64,000 nucleotides of DNA, from the NCBI GenBank assembly GCA_964624415.1, contig CAZUWR010000002.1, positions 12,454 to 76,453 of the forward strand, read 5' to 3'. This document shows positions 1 through 9,095 of this stretch, one piece after another; position 1 is the stretch's first letter, and every line of letters begins with the position of its first letter. The notes under the pieces were generated by a model. That model did not search any database. It was given only the letters and a program-made list of their open reading frames with translations, and was not told where the DNA came from. The DNA is from an uncultured Bdellovibrionales bacterium. Lineage in GTDB: Bacteria; Patescibacteriota; Minisyncoccia; Moranbacterales; UBA1568. Both the position numbers and the translations under genes were made by a program.

Positions 1-94
1 ATCGCAAGACCATTGGCAGAACCGCCCTTTAAGTAAGACGAAATCCTGCGATTAAATTATTGGGTAAGTATTTACAGTATAACACCTATTCCCA

Positions 95-123
95 ACACAG
101 GGGTAAATTTAATTAATTAATTC
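95..123 (-). repeat. Partial inverted copy of the island repeat family (ACACAGGGGT-AAATTT-TTAATTAATTAAT). It overlaps the 3' end of the P-loop NTPase gene; the TTAATTAATTAA palindrome encodes the C-terminus and stop codon.
   Basis: By eye it aligns to the reverse complement of 8975-9010 (…CCCCTATGCAAT… / TTAATTAATTAA) and of 11070-11100. Confidence 0.5.
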
Positions 124-1398
124 TTTAAGTAGCCCTAACGCTATGTTACTATACAGCCAAGATAGCTTATTTGGAATAATAAAGGTCTTACTCGGTCTTC
201 CAGGATCATCATTTTTTACTCTTATTTCTTCCAGTATGCCAAGCGCAACCATTTCTTTTGCAATCTTTAATGTATATGGCTTGGAATACCCTGATGCTTT
301 CATGAGAGCCTCTATTCCAATCTTTCCATTGTTTTTAATGGCTTCAAGCAAACAGATAGAACGGTTATTCGGCATCGAATCAATGGCTACTCTCAAAATA
401 ACGCCAATATCAGCCCAGTTTATTTTATCTCTCGCTTGGATAATCGCATGTCCGCGAGCAAGGTTATAAAGCCACTGATTTATGCGATCGGGCCGTTCAC
501 ACATCGAAGTTATTTGGTCACCTTGCTCTTGAGTGGTTCCGCGTGACATTGCAAGCATACTAGCTACGATACCAATTGATTCAAGTAATGTCTGGTCTTC
601 ATTTCCAGTTTCCCACTCAATGCCTTTAGGGTGGCTTTCCCAAAGTGTTTTTATAAAATCACCGGTAGCCTCCTTACATGAGCGCTCCTTTTCTCGAACT
701 GGGTTGCGTAATTGATTAGCAAGAGCGGTTGTTGTTTTTTCTGCTGAACGTATCTTTAAGAAGAACAACCGCTGACCAAGGTTCCCCATAGAGCGCCATA
801 CTGCGTTAGAAATCGGCGTAGACGCTCCAAGAAGCATAAAAGGGTATTCTCCTCTATACCCGCGTGATCCATGCACTCCACTGTTCGTTTCTAACCCGCG
901 ACCGTCCATTACCCGAGTTAGTATTCCAAGGAGCATATTGCGATCGTCCTCGCGTTTGGAAAAAACAGGAGCTAGATCGGGCAATATAAGTGTTCGATAC
1001 CGAATACGTGGCAGGAGATCTATTTTTCCCAATTCTGATTCTTTTTTCTTGGCAGAATGAGATACAAAGGAAGCTGGAGTAAAATTATCAACCTGAAGAG
1101 TAACCCCATCCAGATCTGAAAAAAACCCTAAAAGTGTCGTTTTTCCCGATGAAGGCACATCTACATATATAAGTCCGAATGGATTTTGAATATCTTTGAT
1201 TAATAGTTGCGCGATAACACTCAGTCCAATTTCTGTTGCAAGTGTAAGATCCGGAAAATTATCCACTAAAACACCTCGCCACTCATCAAATTGGATGGTT
1301 TTGGTTGGATGTAGCGGAGTGAAGCGGAGATTATTTTGAACTTCTTCAATTTGTTCTTTTTTCTTTGACAATGCTTTTGATAATGGCTTCATACTCAT
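109..1398 (-). CDS. P-loop NTPase with a C-terminal winged-helix-like domain. Possibly a mobile-element replication or regulatory ATPase.
   Basis: Walker A YVDVPSSGKTTLL, then a hydrophobic-Asp stretch (LILPDL). The C-terminal segment ICLLEAIKNNGKIGIEALMKASGYSKPYTLKIAKEMV looks like a wHTH. No specific family is recognised. Confidence 0.35.
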   Translation of the reverse strand: MSMKPLSKALSKKKEQIEEVQNNLRFTPLHPTKTIQFDEWRGVLVDNFPDLTLATEIGLSVIAQLLIKDIQNPFGLIYVDVPSSGKTTLLGFFSDLDGVTLQVDNFTPASFVSHSAKKKESELGKIDLLPRIRYRTLILPDLAPVFSKREDDRNMLLGILTRVMDGRGLETNSGVHGSRGYRGEYPFMLLGASTPISNAVWRSMGNLGQRLFFLKIRSAEKTTTALANQLRNPVREKERSCKEATGDFIKTLWESHPKGIEWETGNEDQTLLESIGIVASMLAMSRGTTQEQGDQITSMCERPDRINQWLYNLARGHAIIQARDKINWADIGVILRVAIDSMPNNRSICLLEAIKNNGKIGIEALMKASGYSKPYTLKIAKEMVALGILEEIRVKNDDPGRPSKTFIIPNKLSWLYSNIALGLLKELIN

Positions 1399-1576
1399 AT
1401 ATTAATAGTTGTAGGAATTAATTTAAGACTACTTTTTAATAGGCTTATAGATGGCGCGCACCAAATTTAATAGCTCCAAAGCACTCTCAAGAGCGACCTC
1501 AGGAGAAAGTTCTTCTCCAAGTTCATCTTTGACTAGTTCAATATACTCTTGTACCTGTGTTTCAGATAACATTGAT

Positions 1577-1822
1577 TTAGATATAAATCCGTGATTTTAA
1601 GTCTTTTTGAATAGCGATAAAACGCTTAGGCTCTACTAAGAGGTGCTCATCAAAAAATTGTTCGACGGTTTTACTTGATTCTTCTGTTTGAGAGAGCACA
1701 AAAACACATCTACGCGGCTCTCGTCGATCTATTTCAATTAATTGATGCCCAAAATACAGCAACACCGCGCACACGTTAAAATCACTTGTTCTCTGCATCA
1801 CCGCTTCTTCATGTATACTCAT
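1577..1822 (-). CDS. Hypothetical small protein
   Basis: 81-codon ORF, co-directional with neighbouring island genes. A hairpin (1831-1851) lies on its upstream side. No recognisable motif. Confidence 0.25.
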   Translation of the reverse strand: MSIHEEAVMQRTSDFNVCAVLLYFGHQLIEIDRREPRRCVFVLSQTEESSKTVEQFFDEHLLVEPKRFIAIQKDLKSRIYI

Positions 1823-1899
1823 AAAATAAAAACTTACGAATTAATCGTAAGTTCATTATAAGGACAATGTATTTTCAAAAAGTGACAACTTAGACCCCT

Positions 1900-2625
1900 T
1901 TATTTTGTCACCGTATTTTTGAGCCTTCTTCTCTTTTGTTTAAGTAAATCGGCAGACTTTTTATCCAAAATGCCCATCTCTTCGTATGATATGTGATCAA
2001 TGTTTTTGTCGCTAAGGTCATTATTAACCACACTCATCGTAATTTTATCGCTACACCCCTCATTAATCTTAACCGCCATTGCGTATTTCCATGGCGCTAA
2101 ATCCTTAATATCTTGCCTTGAGTGAAGTGTTGACTTCGCTTTTCCAAACAGCCTCTCTCTATCACTCTTATGGCACCGCCAAGCAAAAATAAGATCATCA
2201 AGAGTCGTGTTTTTATGAACCTCAAACGTAATGGTTTTTTCTTCTTCATTCACTTGAGCATGCGCATTGAACCGAACCGGTATCAAAACTCCGGTTAAAA
2301 CAAACCTTGTTAAAATAGGGTGCCATTCTTTTCCAAGTCCAAATGCTTTTTTCACCTGGTTTGTTTCTCTGAACAATGCAAGGAATGCTTCTGGATTAGC
2401 TTTCTCAAAGGATTTTGATTGTTGAATGGCCTCCTGCTCGATATTTTGAAACTCTTTTGGATGCTCATGCGCAACTATAGTTTCTCTATCCGATATCCCA
2501 TATTTCTTCCTCAAAGGAATAACATACGACATCAGATCTACCAATCTAGTCGCCACCAAAGCTTCCAAAAGGTAAATGGCATTCAAAACAACTTTTTCAT
2601 TATATACATCCATCTTCATTTTCAT
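1900..2625 (-). CDS. Hypothetical protein (241 aa), island gene
   Basis: Clean ORF with no recognisable domain. Confidence 0.4.
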   Translation of the reverse strand: MKMKMDVYNEKVVLNAIYLLEALVATRLVDLMSYVIPLRKKYGISDRETIVAHEHPKEFQNIEQEAIQQSKSFEKANPEAFLALFRETNQVKKAFGLGKEWHPILTRFVLTGVLIPVRFNAHAQVNEEEKTITFEVHKNTTLDDLIFAWRCHKSDRERLFGKAKSTLHSRQDIKDLAPWKYAMAVKINEGCSDKITMSVVNNDLSDKNIDHISYEEMGILDKKSADLLKQKRRRLKNTVTK

Positions 2626-2881
2626 TAATTTCCTCTATTATACCTTATTATTGATTTTAAGCAGGAAATGGTATACATTTAAGGTGGACTCACATTTACA
2701 ATTTTATCCTAATACTAGGCTTTTTTGCCTATTTTCATACCCATTTGTGTTTTGTAGCGGGCGCCTCCGATGCACGCAAATGGGAAAACCTTTAGGTAAT
2801 TCTGTAAGTGTGAGTCCCGTCGGGGCGTCCACTTTAGGTGAATAGACTACGCTTCGACGACTTAATCTTTAAGTCGTTTTT

Positions 2882-4180
2882 ATGTTAAAGAGAATAGTAA
2901 TTATTTCATTGTTTTTATTTTTTCCTCTATCCTCCTATGCCTCTGATAATAGGCTTTTAGATGGGTTTGATAAATGGGAAGCGGAGCAGAATAAAAAAGT
3001 AACAGTAATCCAACCTAGCAATGTTGAACAAAATAGTGTACAGCCCATACTGTATAGGAATGATGATTATAAATTCAGAATAAAATTCCCAGATGGATGG
3101 GAAATGAAGGATGGTGATGGACAGCATGTGGTTAAAAAGGCTGTAAAAGATAATAGCACCATCCTTATCCTTGTGAGGGAGTTTTCGGATTTCTTAGGTG
3201 ATGCTGGAAAAGACTCATTATCGCCGAAGGACATATCTGATCTTAATTCTGCCGAGTCCAACGATCTTTCTGATGAAGAAATCAATGTATTTCTAGAATC
3301 AATAGCAACCGGACAGCTCGAGGCTTTTCCTGGAAGCACCGTTCTAGAAAAAGGTATCCGCTATATTGATAATAGAAAGGCGGTTTACGTCAAGACGAAT
3401 CAGGTGTATAAGGTGCAAAATATGCAAGTAGAAGGTGTCTCGATAAACTATTTTACTCTCCATAAAGGAAAACTCTATCAAATTGGAGGATTTTATCCAA
3501 CAATACCCATAAATGAAACAGCTAAAGAAAGCATCATAAATACATCATTATCAACTTTTGTCTTTGAGAATTGGGATGATACAAAAAATGCTGTAAATGA
3601 AATAACATCCAATTCTGCTAATGAGGCACTTGGAGATTCGTATGGTAAAAACCTGAATGGGTTAGGGTTATCATTAACTATCATTTTAAGCATTCTTTTC
3701 ACTTGGGGATTGGGATTAATTATCCCTCTATTATTGCGATTTGTTTTTCTAAAAAGGCATCTTTCTGTTGAAATGGCATTATCTGTAGTTGCAGCCGTTT
3801 ACTTTATTCAATTAATAGGTTCTCTTGCGTTGGATAGCAAAAGTAAAAGCCATAGCGCATTACTTTTAGTTGCTTTTATATCCTATAGAATCATGAGGAA
3901 AGGCTCTATAGATAAGGAATCATCAAGAGAAATCCCTCATCCAAAAGTTGAATCCATAAAATATACCGCTAATAAAGAGCTGAGTTTATGGCATTCAAGA
4001 CTTGCGAATGTTATTTTAGTGCTTGTTGTACCAGTAGGCTGGATAGCATTTTTTGTTAGTGATGGGGGTGAATCTCGATATATTCCAATACTACCGCTGC
4101 TTATCGCATTGTCTGATCTCGCTGTATGGATTTTGTATAAAGCTATTCTTTACGTTATTTACGGATATCAAAAAAGGTAG
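2882..4180 (+). CDS. Secreted/membrane hypothetical protein
   Basis: N-terminal signal peptide (MLKRIVIISLFLFFPLSSYAS), a central soluble region and several C-terminal TM helices. Confidence 0.5.
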   Translation: MLKRIVIISLFLFFPLSSYASDNRLLDGFDKWEAEQNKKVTVIQPSNVEQNSVQPILYRNDDYKFRIKFPDGWEMKDGDGQHVVKKAVKDNSTILILVREFSDFLGDAGKDSLSPKDISDLNSAESNDLSDEEINVFLESIATGQLEAFPGSTVLEKGIRYIDNRKAVYVKTNQVYKVQNMQVEGVSINYFTLHKGKLYQIGGFYPTIPINETAKESIINTSLSTFVFENWDDTKNAVNEITSNSANEALGDSYGKNLNGLGLSLTIILSILFTWGLGLIIPLLLRFVFLKRHLSVEMALSVVAAVYFIQLIGSLALDSKSKSHSALLLVAFISYRIMRKGSIDKESSREIPHPKVESIKYTANKELSLWHSRLANVILVLVVPVGWIAFFVSDGGESRYIPILPLLIALSDLAVWILYKAILYVIYGYQKR

Positions 4181-4232
4181 TTTTAAAAAATGCTAATGCT
4201 AGCATGCTTAATTTTATTAAATCTACAATGAT

Positions 4233-4832
4233 ATGTTCGGTATTTTTCTGCAAAAAAACAAAGTGGTGTTACTTACGGCTATCATAGCATCCGTAATAAC
4301 CGCAGGCGCTTCATTGAGCTATGCCGCTATAAAGAACAAGAAAGAGGCTTCTGATCGAAAAATTGAAGCGCTACAGAAATCAATAGAGGACTTACAGATG
4401 AAAAATGAGCAATCTGCTAAGGCTGAAGAGCCTGAAAAGATAAGTATTGAAGCTGTTCAGCAAGCCGAAACATCCGAGATTGCTAGTCAAAAGAAAGTAA
4501 CTGGCAACAAAATTCTGGAATCCACCTCAGAAAAAACTCAACCAAAAGATACTGTTAAAGACGAACCGCTCGTAAAGTGCCTCTCTTATGATGGTAGCGT
4601 AGCTGAATTGAGCGCAAATGATTGTGAAATATTGAAGCAATCTAATGCAGTATTCGAAAAGATTGTAGATGAATACAAAAAATGCGTTTCTGACGCGGAA
4701 AACAGATTCCAGGATCGCCTAAACACGGGGTATGATTCATCAATGGTTACTGCTTACAATAAAACAGCGCAAGCATGTGCACTTGAAAGGAATAACCAAG
4801 TCAACAAATTTCAAAAAAACTTTAAAAAATAA
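4233..4832 (+). CDS. Membrane-anchored coiled-coil hypothetical protein
   Basis: N-terminal TM segment (VVLLTAIIASVITAGASLSYAAI) followed by a charged coiled-coil-like region. Confidence 0.45.
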   Translation: MFGIFLQKNKVVLLTAIIASVITAGASLSYAAIKNKKEASDRKIEALQKSIEDLQMKNEQSAKAEEPEKISIEAVQQAETSEIASQKKVTGNKILESTSEKTQPKDTVKDEPLVKCLSYDGSVAELSANDCEILKQSNAVFEKIVDEYKKCVSDAENRFQDRLNTGYDSSMVTAYNKTAQACALERNNQVNKFQKNFKK

Positions 4833-4927
4833 TAAAACAACCGGTCTGGTATGCGCACAGTATCCAACCAGAACCAGCCAATATGTATCCAATCACAACT
4901 AGTTAATGCTCATCAAGCTTACACCAT

Positions 4928-7900
4928 TCAATCCCAACGAAAATCGCGTATATCTGTATCAATATCCTCACGCTTGGCATCGCTTTCATAATTTTCCGCC
5001 ATTTTTCGAAGCATTCTCGCGGCACGAGGCCACTTCACTTTCAGAGCATCACCCATTTTTTTGTACTTCTCTGCCAGAGCTCTTTCTTGCTCTCCTCCGG
5101 CATCCAGGGATCGCGAAACCACTCCTCGGCTATTGAACAAGCCGGTTTGAATATGACTCTCTATGACTTCGCTTTTAAGTTTCTCAAGGAGATCCCTCAC
5201 AGCCTCATGAGGCCAGTGTCCGTCACTGCCAATGGGAGCGTTGGCAAGCATAAGACCAATTTGAATATCTCCCCCGGTCACATACTTTTTTGAAGCACAT
5301 TCTTCTCTTGCTGCCTCAATCCACTTCGAGAATTCTTTTTCGTTGAAAGATCCGTCCTTTTGGACTCCCGGAACAAGGTGCCAGGAATAGAGTACCTCCC
5401 GGGCGTTCTTCGCCAAAAAAGGAGAGGTCTCCCTCTTTTTCTTCGTTGGACTGGAAATTTGATCATCTTGCTTATAGACATAAGAAATAAGCTCAACAAA
5501 GAATAAATAGTCTTTTTGGAGGAGGCGATGAACAGCTAATGATGAACCGTGTTTTTCAAAACTATGGAAAAATGCTGCAAAAGGCCACTCTAACTTCATT
5601 ATTTCCTCCAGAGAAAGCTCATCTCTCTCCTGGAGCTGTCTAAATATATTTCCAAGATGATACTCATCCAAGGAGCCTCTTCTAAAATCCTTATGTTTAG
5701 AATCAACCAGTAAGACATCCTGCAGTAATCGCTGGAGCAGAGTACTTGGCAGAGATATTCTATGATCGCCGGCTATAGAGAGCGCGGAAAAGGGTCTTTT
5801 GGCGTCGAGGAGTTTTTCAACTGCAAAAGCCGTGTCTTCGATACTATCACCCTGAAAATATCCCGTAGCGTGATCCCAGTACGCGGCTTCTACTTCACTA
5901 CCACGAGCACCCACAAGAGACCACGTGGCTCTGCTTGAAGGTAAGCCTGAGTACAACAGCGCCTCGCGATCTGCAGTGTAGTTCCCTTTGGCCTTTATTC
6001 TTTTGGCCTGCTTCTCGATCCATTTTTGATCAGTGGCTTGTATTCTCCCTTGGGCATAACTTTCAAGCAGCATCGGATGTTTATTGGAGACACCGAGTAT
6101 TGCGTCCAGGACAGCACTGTCTTCTTTTTCATCTCGGATGATTTTTCCAAGTGCCTGCCCGAAAACACCCTGATATGAAATTTCACAGGCGTATTTGATG
6201 ATCTTTTTCAGCGTAACCTTATCCAAAATCTCACGCATTGCTTTCTCTCTGGCTTTGGTGATCGCCACGGTTTTTTCATCGTATTCCTTTGAATCTCCCT
6301 CTGGCAGTTCTGGCCAGGGATTATTTACTAGCCACCCCAGTCTTTCTAATGTATCTTTCGGGGTAATTTTTTCCAGTACTCGATTCAGTGCAGGAAGAAA
6401 CTTTTTTATTTCTCCATCGCCGTAGGTGTTGATCCAGTGCAGCGTGTCCCGGGTATTTTTAAAAAGCTCCGAAACTTTCTCTTTTGGAAGACTTTTGAGG
6501 CTTTCTTTTTCAATTACCTCCAGAAGATGTTCTCGTATTTCTATGGGAAGTCGGATAAAGTCATCCATCGAAGTTGCCAAGTTTTCCTCCGCAGATGCAA
6601 CATCAATCATTCGCGGGAATAAACCTTTGCTATATTCCTGGTCTTCTGCTCCATTTTCTCGCTCAAGCCCGCGTCTTGGATTGCCGGTCTCTCGCCACCG
6701 GAAGCGGTGTGATTCACTGAAGCTTTCGGGACTGAAATAGCCTTTAGCAAAATCCCAAGTTAACTTCGGGTTCTGTGATACAAGTTTTTCAAATACCCCA
6801 ATTCGCTCTTGGGGCGTGGAACAAGTTTGTGGATATGCTGGCCGGAAAATATCCTTCAGGCTATTCAGAGGCCGATTACTATAACCTCTGCCCTGATCAA
6901 TCTGAGCCAGCTTTAAAAGGATGTCTGCAGAATCCCCTAAATACTCTGAGTCCCAAGCTGTGGATTCAAGAGCCCAAAGCAATCCTGAATGCTTACACTC
7001 GCCGAAAATACCACCTTCGTCCTTCATTAATTCTTTAAATACATCTGGTCGAGTTTCTATAGCCCTCGCCAGACCCTGCAGAAAAGCGTCCGGAGCCGCC
7101 TCAGCGAGAAGGGGGGTCATATCTGAGAGTGACGCCCAGACCTCCCAAGTACTGGCTCTGGTTAAAACTTCCTCTACGATTCTATCGGCGAATGCCTGTG
7201 AGGAGGAGATATGAGGGCAATGATCACTGTGAACTGCTAAGAGTACAAGAGATTCGACCAGTCCGGTTTGTATCCACCCAGAATACGGGCTGACTTTTCC
7301 ATACACAGCTGCAGCCCAACGCTTCTCTACTGCTAGACGGTACTTCGGATCAGTCTTGGTAAGTATCGAAAGAAGGGACGTCTTAAAAAGTTTCAGAAAG
7401 CTTTCGCTAAGATGCGAAGCAAGAAGTTCCCAGGTATCGAGCGGTGCTTTAATCATCCATACGCTTCCCGATTTTCTGATAGGCGTGTCATCCACCCTAA
7501 GAAGCTTTTCTAGTTTCTTGGAATATTCCTCATATTTTAATCCAGAAAGAGTTTCCAATATACGACGATCTCCCTCCTTGTTTTCATCCCAAGAGCCCGC
7601 GAACAATGCAGGAAAGAGAAGATCTGTTTTATCGGGAGCTGCCCACGCAGGTTGGCTTGCGCTTGTGGAAGAAAGCTGGCGATGAAGAACCGGGATGCTT
7701 CGTCCAAAATCTCTGGCCAGTTTCTGAGACTGCACTCCAGACACTCCGTTTTCTAAAAACTTCTTTTCTATTACGTTCCGTTTTGGCCGTGAAAGCCTTA
7801 TTACTTTGCCGTGCAGATCAATTGATTGTGCGTCTGCTGTTAGGAAGACGTGATGGCCATTCTTAACGGCGAGATCAGCAGCGTTTCTACAATCAGCAGG

Positions 7901-8707
7901 CGCGACAATTATGAGATTTTTAAAGTTCGCACTACAGTCTTTAAATTGTTGAATATTTTCTACTACTACACATCGAGAAAATGCTCGAAGTTTGTCTGTT
8001 TCAGAAAGCTCAGTAAGAGCAGCGTACAAAAATGCGCTAGGCTCTTCTGGAGAATCCCCCTGCACTTCTAACAACTCAGGAATACCCACTACCCATTGAT
8101 GGATACGGGCAACTTCGATTGCTCGACCACCAATTACAACGGCCGGGGCGATTTCCGGACTGGTTCCTGCTGCCCACTCTTCCCAGAAACCTTCAATGTC
8201 CTGAATGCCTCCAGAGAGCCCTTTAATTTGGCGAGCTAGCCACAGAGCTACTGCGGGTGTAGCTGAAAGCCAAGACACAAGCTTATCAACAGCAATAACT
8301 TTCACATCAGCCCACTCATAAGTAGCCTTCTTCTTGGCTTCCCAGTTCGTCCTGTCTTTCCAGGGGCGTGGAGTAACAAAAATGAAAGTCGTACTTTGAG
8401 GATCTATCCCCAATGGATTTTTTGTCCGTTTCGTGTAATCATCCTCAGCCTTTTTCCCTGGATTAGCTCCCGTCCCGATTTCCCAGACCGACTCTCCTGC
8501 AGGAAAAAAGCGCGAGCCAGAAGAGGATCGCAGATGGCCATCCCAGCCTCCGATTGCCGTGTTGTCACCACTCGGGAAGTCTATCTCTTCGATAGATGCT
8601 GAGCTGGCCAATATCAAACGACTAAGAAGCTGAGGCAGAGTAGTCTCGCAGTCTTTTTTCTTCCCTGTCAGCCAGGTTTTTATGTCACCAGAATCTATCC
8701 AAATCAT
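4928..8707 (-). CDS. Very large (1259 aa) hypothetical protein with no recognisable NTPase or nuclease motif. Candidate defense/accessory function.
   Basis: Uninterrupted 3.78-kb ORF. I found no Walker A, DEAD/DExH, HxH or YxDD motifs by eye. The C-terminal third is predicted helical/repeat-like. Confidence 0.6.
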   Translation of the reverse strand: MIWIDSGDIKTWLTGKKKDCETTLPQLLSRLILASSASIEEIDFPSGDNTAIGGWDGHLRSSSGSRFFPAGESVWEIGTGANPGKKAEDDYTKRTKNPLGIDPQSTTFIFVTPRPWKDRTNWEAKKKATYEWADVKVIAVDKLVSWLSATPAVALWLARQIKGLSGGIQDIEGFWEEWAAGTSPEIAPAVVIGGRAIEVARIHQWVVGIPELLEVQGDSPEEPSAFLYAALTELSETDKLRAFSRCVVVENIQQFKDCSANFKNLIIVAPADCRNAADLAVKNGHHVFLTADAQSIDLHGKVIRLSRPKRNVIEKKFLENGVSGVQSQKLARDFGRSIPVLHRQLSSTSASQPAWAAPDKTDLLFPALFAGSWDENKEGDRRILETLSGLKYEEYSKKLEKLLRVDDTPIRKSGSVWMIKAPLDTWELLASHLSESFLKLFKTSLLSILTKTDPKYRLAVEKRWAAAVYGKVSPYSGWIQTGLVESLVLLAVHSDHCPHISSSQAFADRIVEEVLTRASTWEVWASLSDMTPLLAEAAPDAFLQGLARAIETRPDVFKELMKDEGGIFGECKHSGLLWALESTAWDSEYLGDSADILLKLAQIDQGRGYSNRPLNSLKDIFRPAYPQTCSTPQERIGVFEKLVSQNPKLTWDFAKGYFSPESFSESHRFRWRETGNPRRGLERENGAEDQEYSKGLFPRMIDVASAEENLATSMDDFIRLPIEIREHLLEVIEKESLKSLPKEKVSELFKNTRDTLHWINTYGDGEIKKFLPALNRVLEKITPKDTLERLGWLVNNPWPELPEGDSKEYDEKTVAITKAREKAMREILDKVTLKKIIKYACEISYQGVFGQALGKIIRDEKEDSAVLDAILGVSNKHPMLLESYAQGRIQATDQKWIEKQAKRIKAKGNYTADREALLYSGLPSSRATWSLVGARGSEVEAAYWDHATGYFQGDSIEDTAFAVEKLLDAKRPFSALSIAGDHRISLPSTLLQRLLQDVLLVDSKHKDFRRGSLDEYHLGNIFRQLQERDELSLEEIMKLEWPFAAFFHSFEKHGSSLAVHRLLQKDYLFFVELISYVYKQDDQISSPTKKKRETSPFLAKNAREVLYSWHLVPGVQKDGSFNEKEFSKWIEAAREECASKKYVTGGDIQIGLMLANAPIGSDGHWPHEAVRDLLEKLKSEVIESHIQTGLFNSRGVVSRSLDAGGEQERALAEKYKKMGDALKVKWPRAARMLRKMAENYESDAKREDIDTDIRDFRWD

Positions 8708-8791
8708 AATCTTTTTCTTTTAAAGATACCTCTTTCCACGTTTAAGTAATTATCCTAAGGAAAGAACTATGTGTCAAAATTGCCTTATGCT

Positions 8792-8821
8792 CATCAAACC
8801 AGAACCAACCGATCTCCAAAG
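8792..8821 (+). repeat. Partial extra copy of the 5' arm of the island repeat (TCATCAAACCAGAACCAACC…)
   Basis: About 80% match to 8944-8973. Confidence 0.3.
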
Positions 8822-8940
8822 ACTTCAACTTTTCTATATCATCCAAACCCCAAAAGTATATTTCATGCCCATTGATCATAGTGAGAAGGTATTTGATCTC
8901 TTTTACTGAAATATAAAGCAAAAAGATGGTTTGAATTTGC

Positions 8941-9090
8941 ATATCATCGAACCAGAACTAACCTACTTCTCATTAATTAATTAACAAATTCAACCCCTAT
9001 GCAATACCCCCCAGTAAAATGGTTCGAACTTCATTGACCATCGAGATCCAAGAATGGAAACGGTCTCGAAAGAAGCTATTTTTGTTTTAT
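8941..9090 (+). repeat. Island repeat copy A, immediately downstream of the RT stop codon
   Basis: ATATCATCGAACCAGAACTAACC…TTAATTAATTAAC…CCCCTATG…GGTTCGAACTTCATTGACCATCGAG…CTATTTTTGTTTTATTTAAG. It aligns at about 75% identity with 11037-11200. Confidence 0.6.
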
Positions 9091-9095
9091 TTAAG

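Noticed and set aside
100-125. TTAATTAATTAA as a synthetic all-frame stop cassette or vector contamination
   Set aside because: It occurs in three diverged natural copies, each embedded in a longer conserved repeat, and here it doubles as the C-terminus and stop of a native gene.
2576-2845. 89-aa ORF between the 241-aa gene and the secreted-protein gene
   Set aside because: It overlaps the upstream gene's start and the GC-rich structured leader, with no sensible start context. It is likely non-coding.
8742-8942. 66-aa minus-strand ORF between the giant gene and repeat A
   Set aside because: It lies across a partial repeat copy in promoter-like AT-rich DNA. Coding is not excluded, but it is unsupported.
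9010-9040. GGTTCGAACTTCATTGACCATCGAG within the repeats, as a tRNA 3' fragment (a tRNA-gene att site)
   Set aside because: No acceptor stem or T-loop context can be folded. GTTCGAAC is simply a palindrome. None of the five tRNAs in the window shares this sequence.
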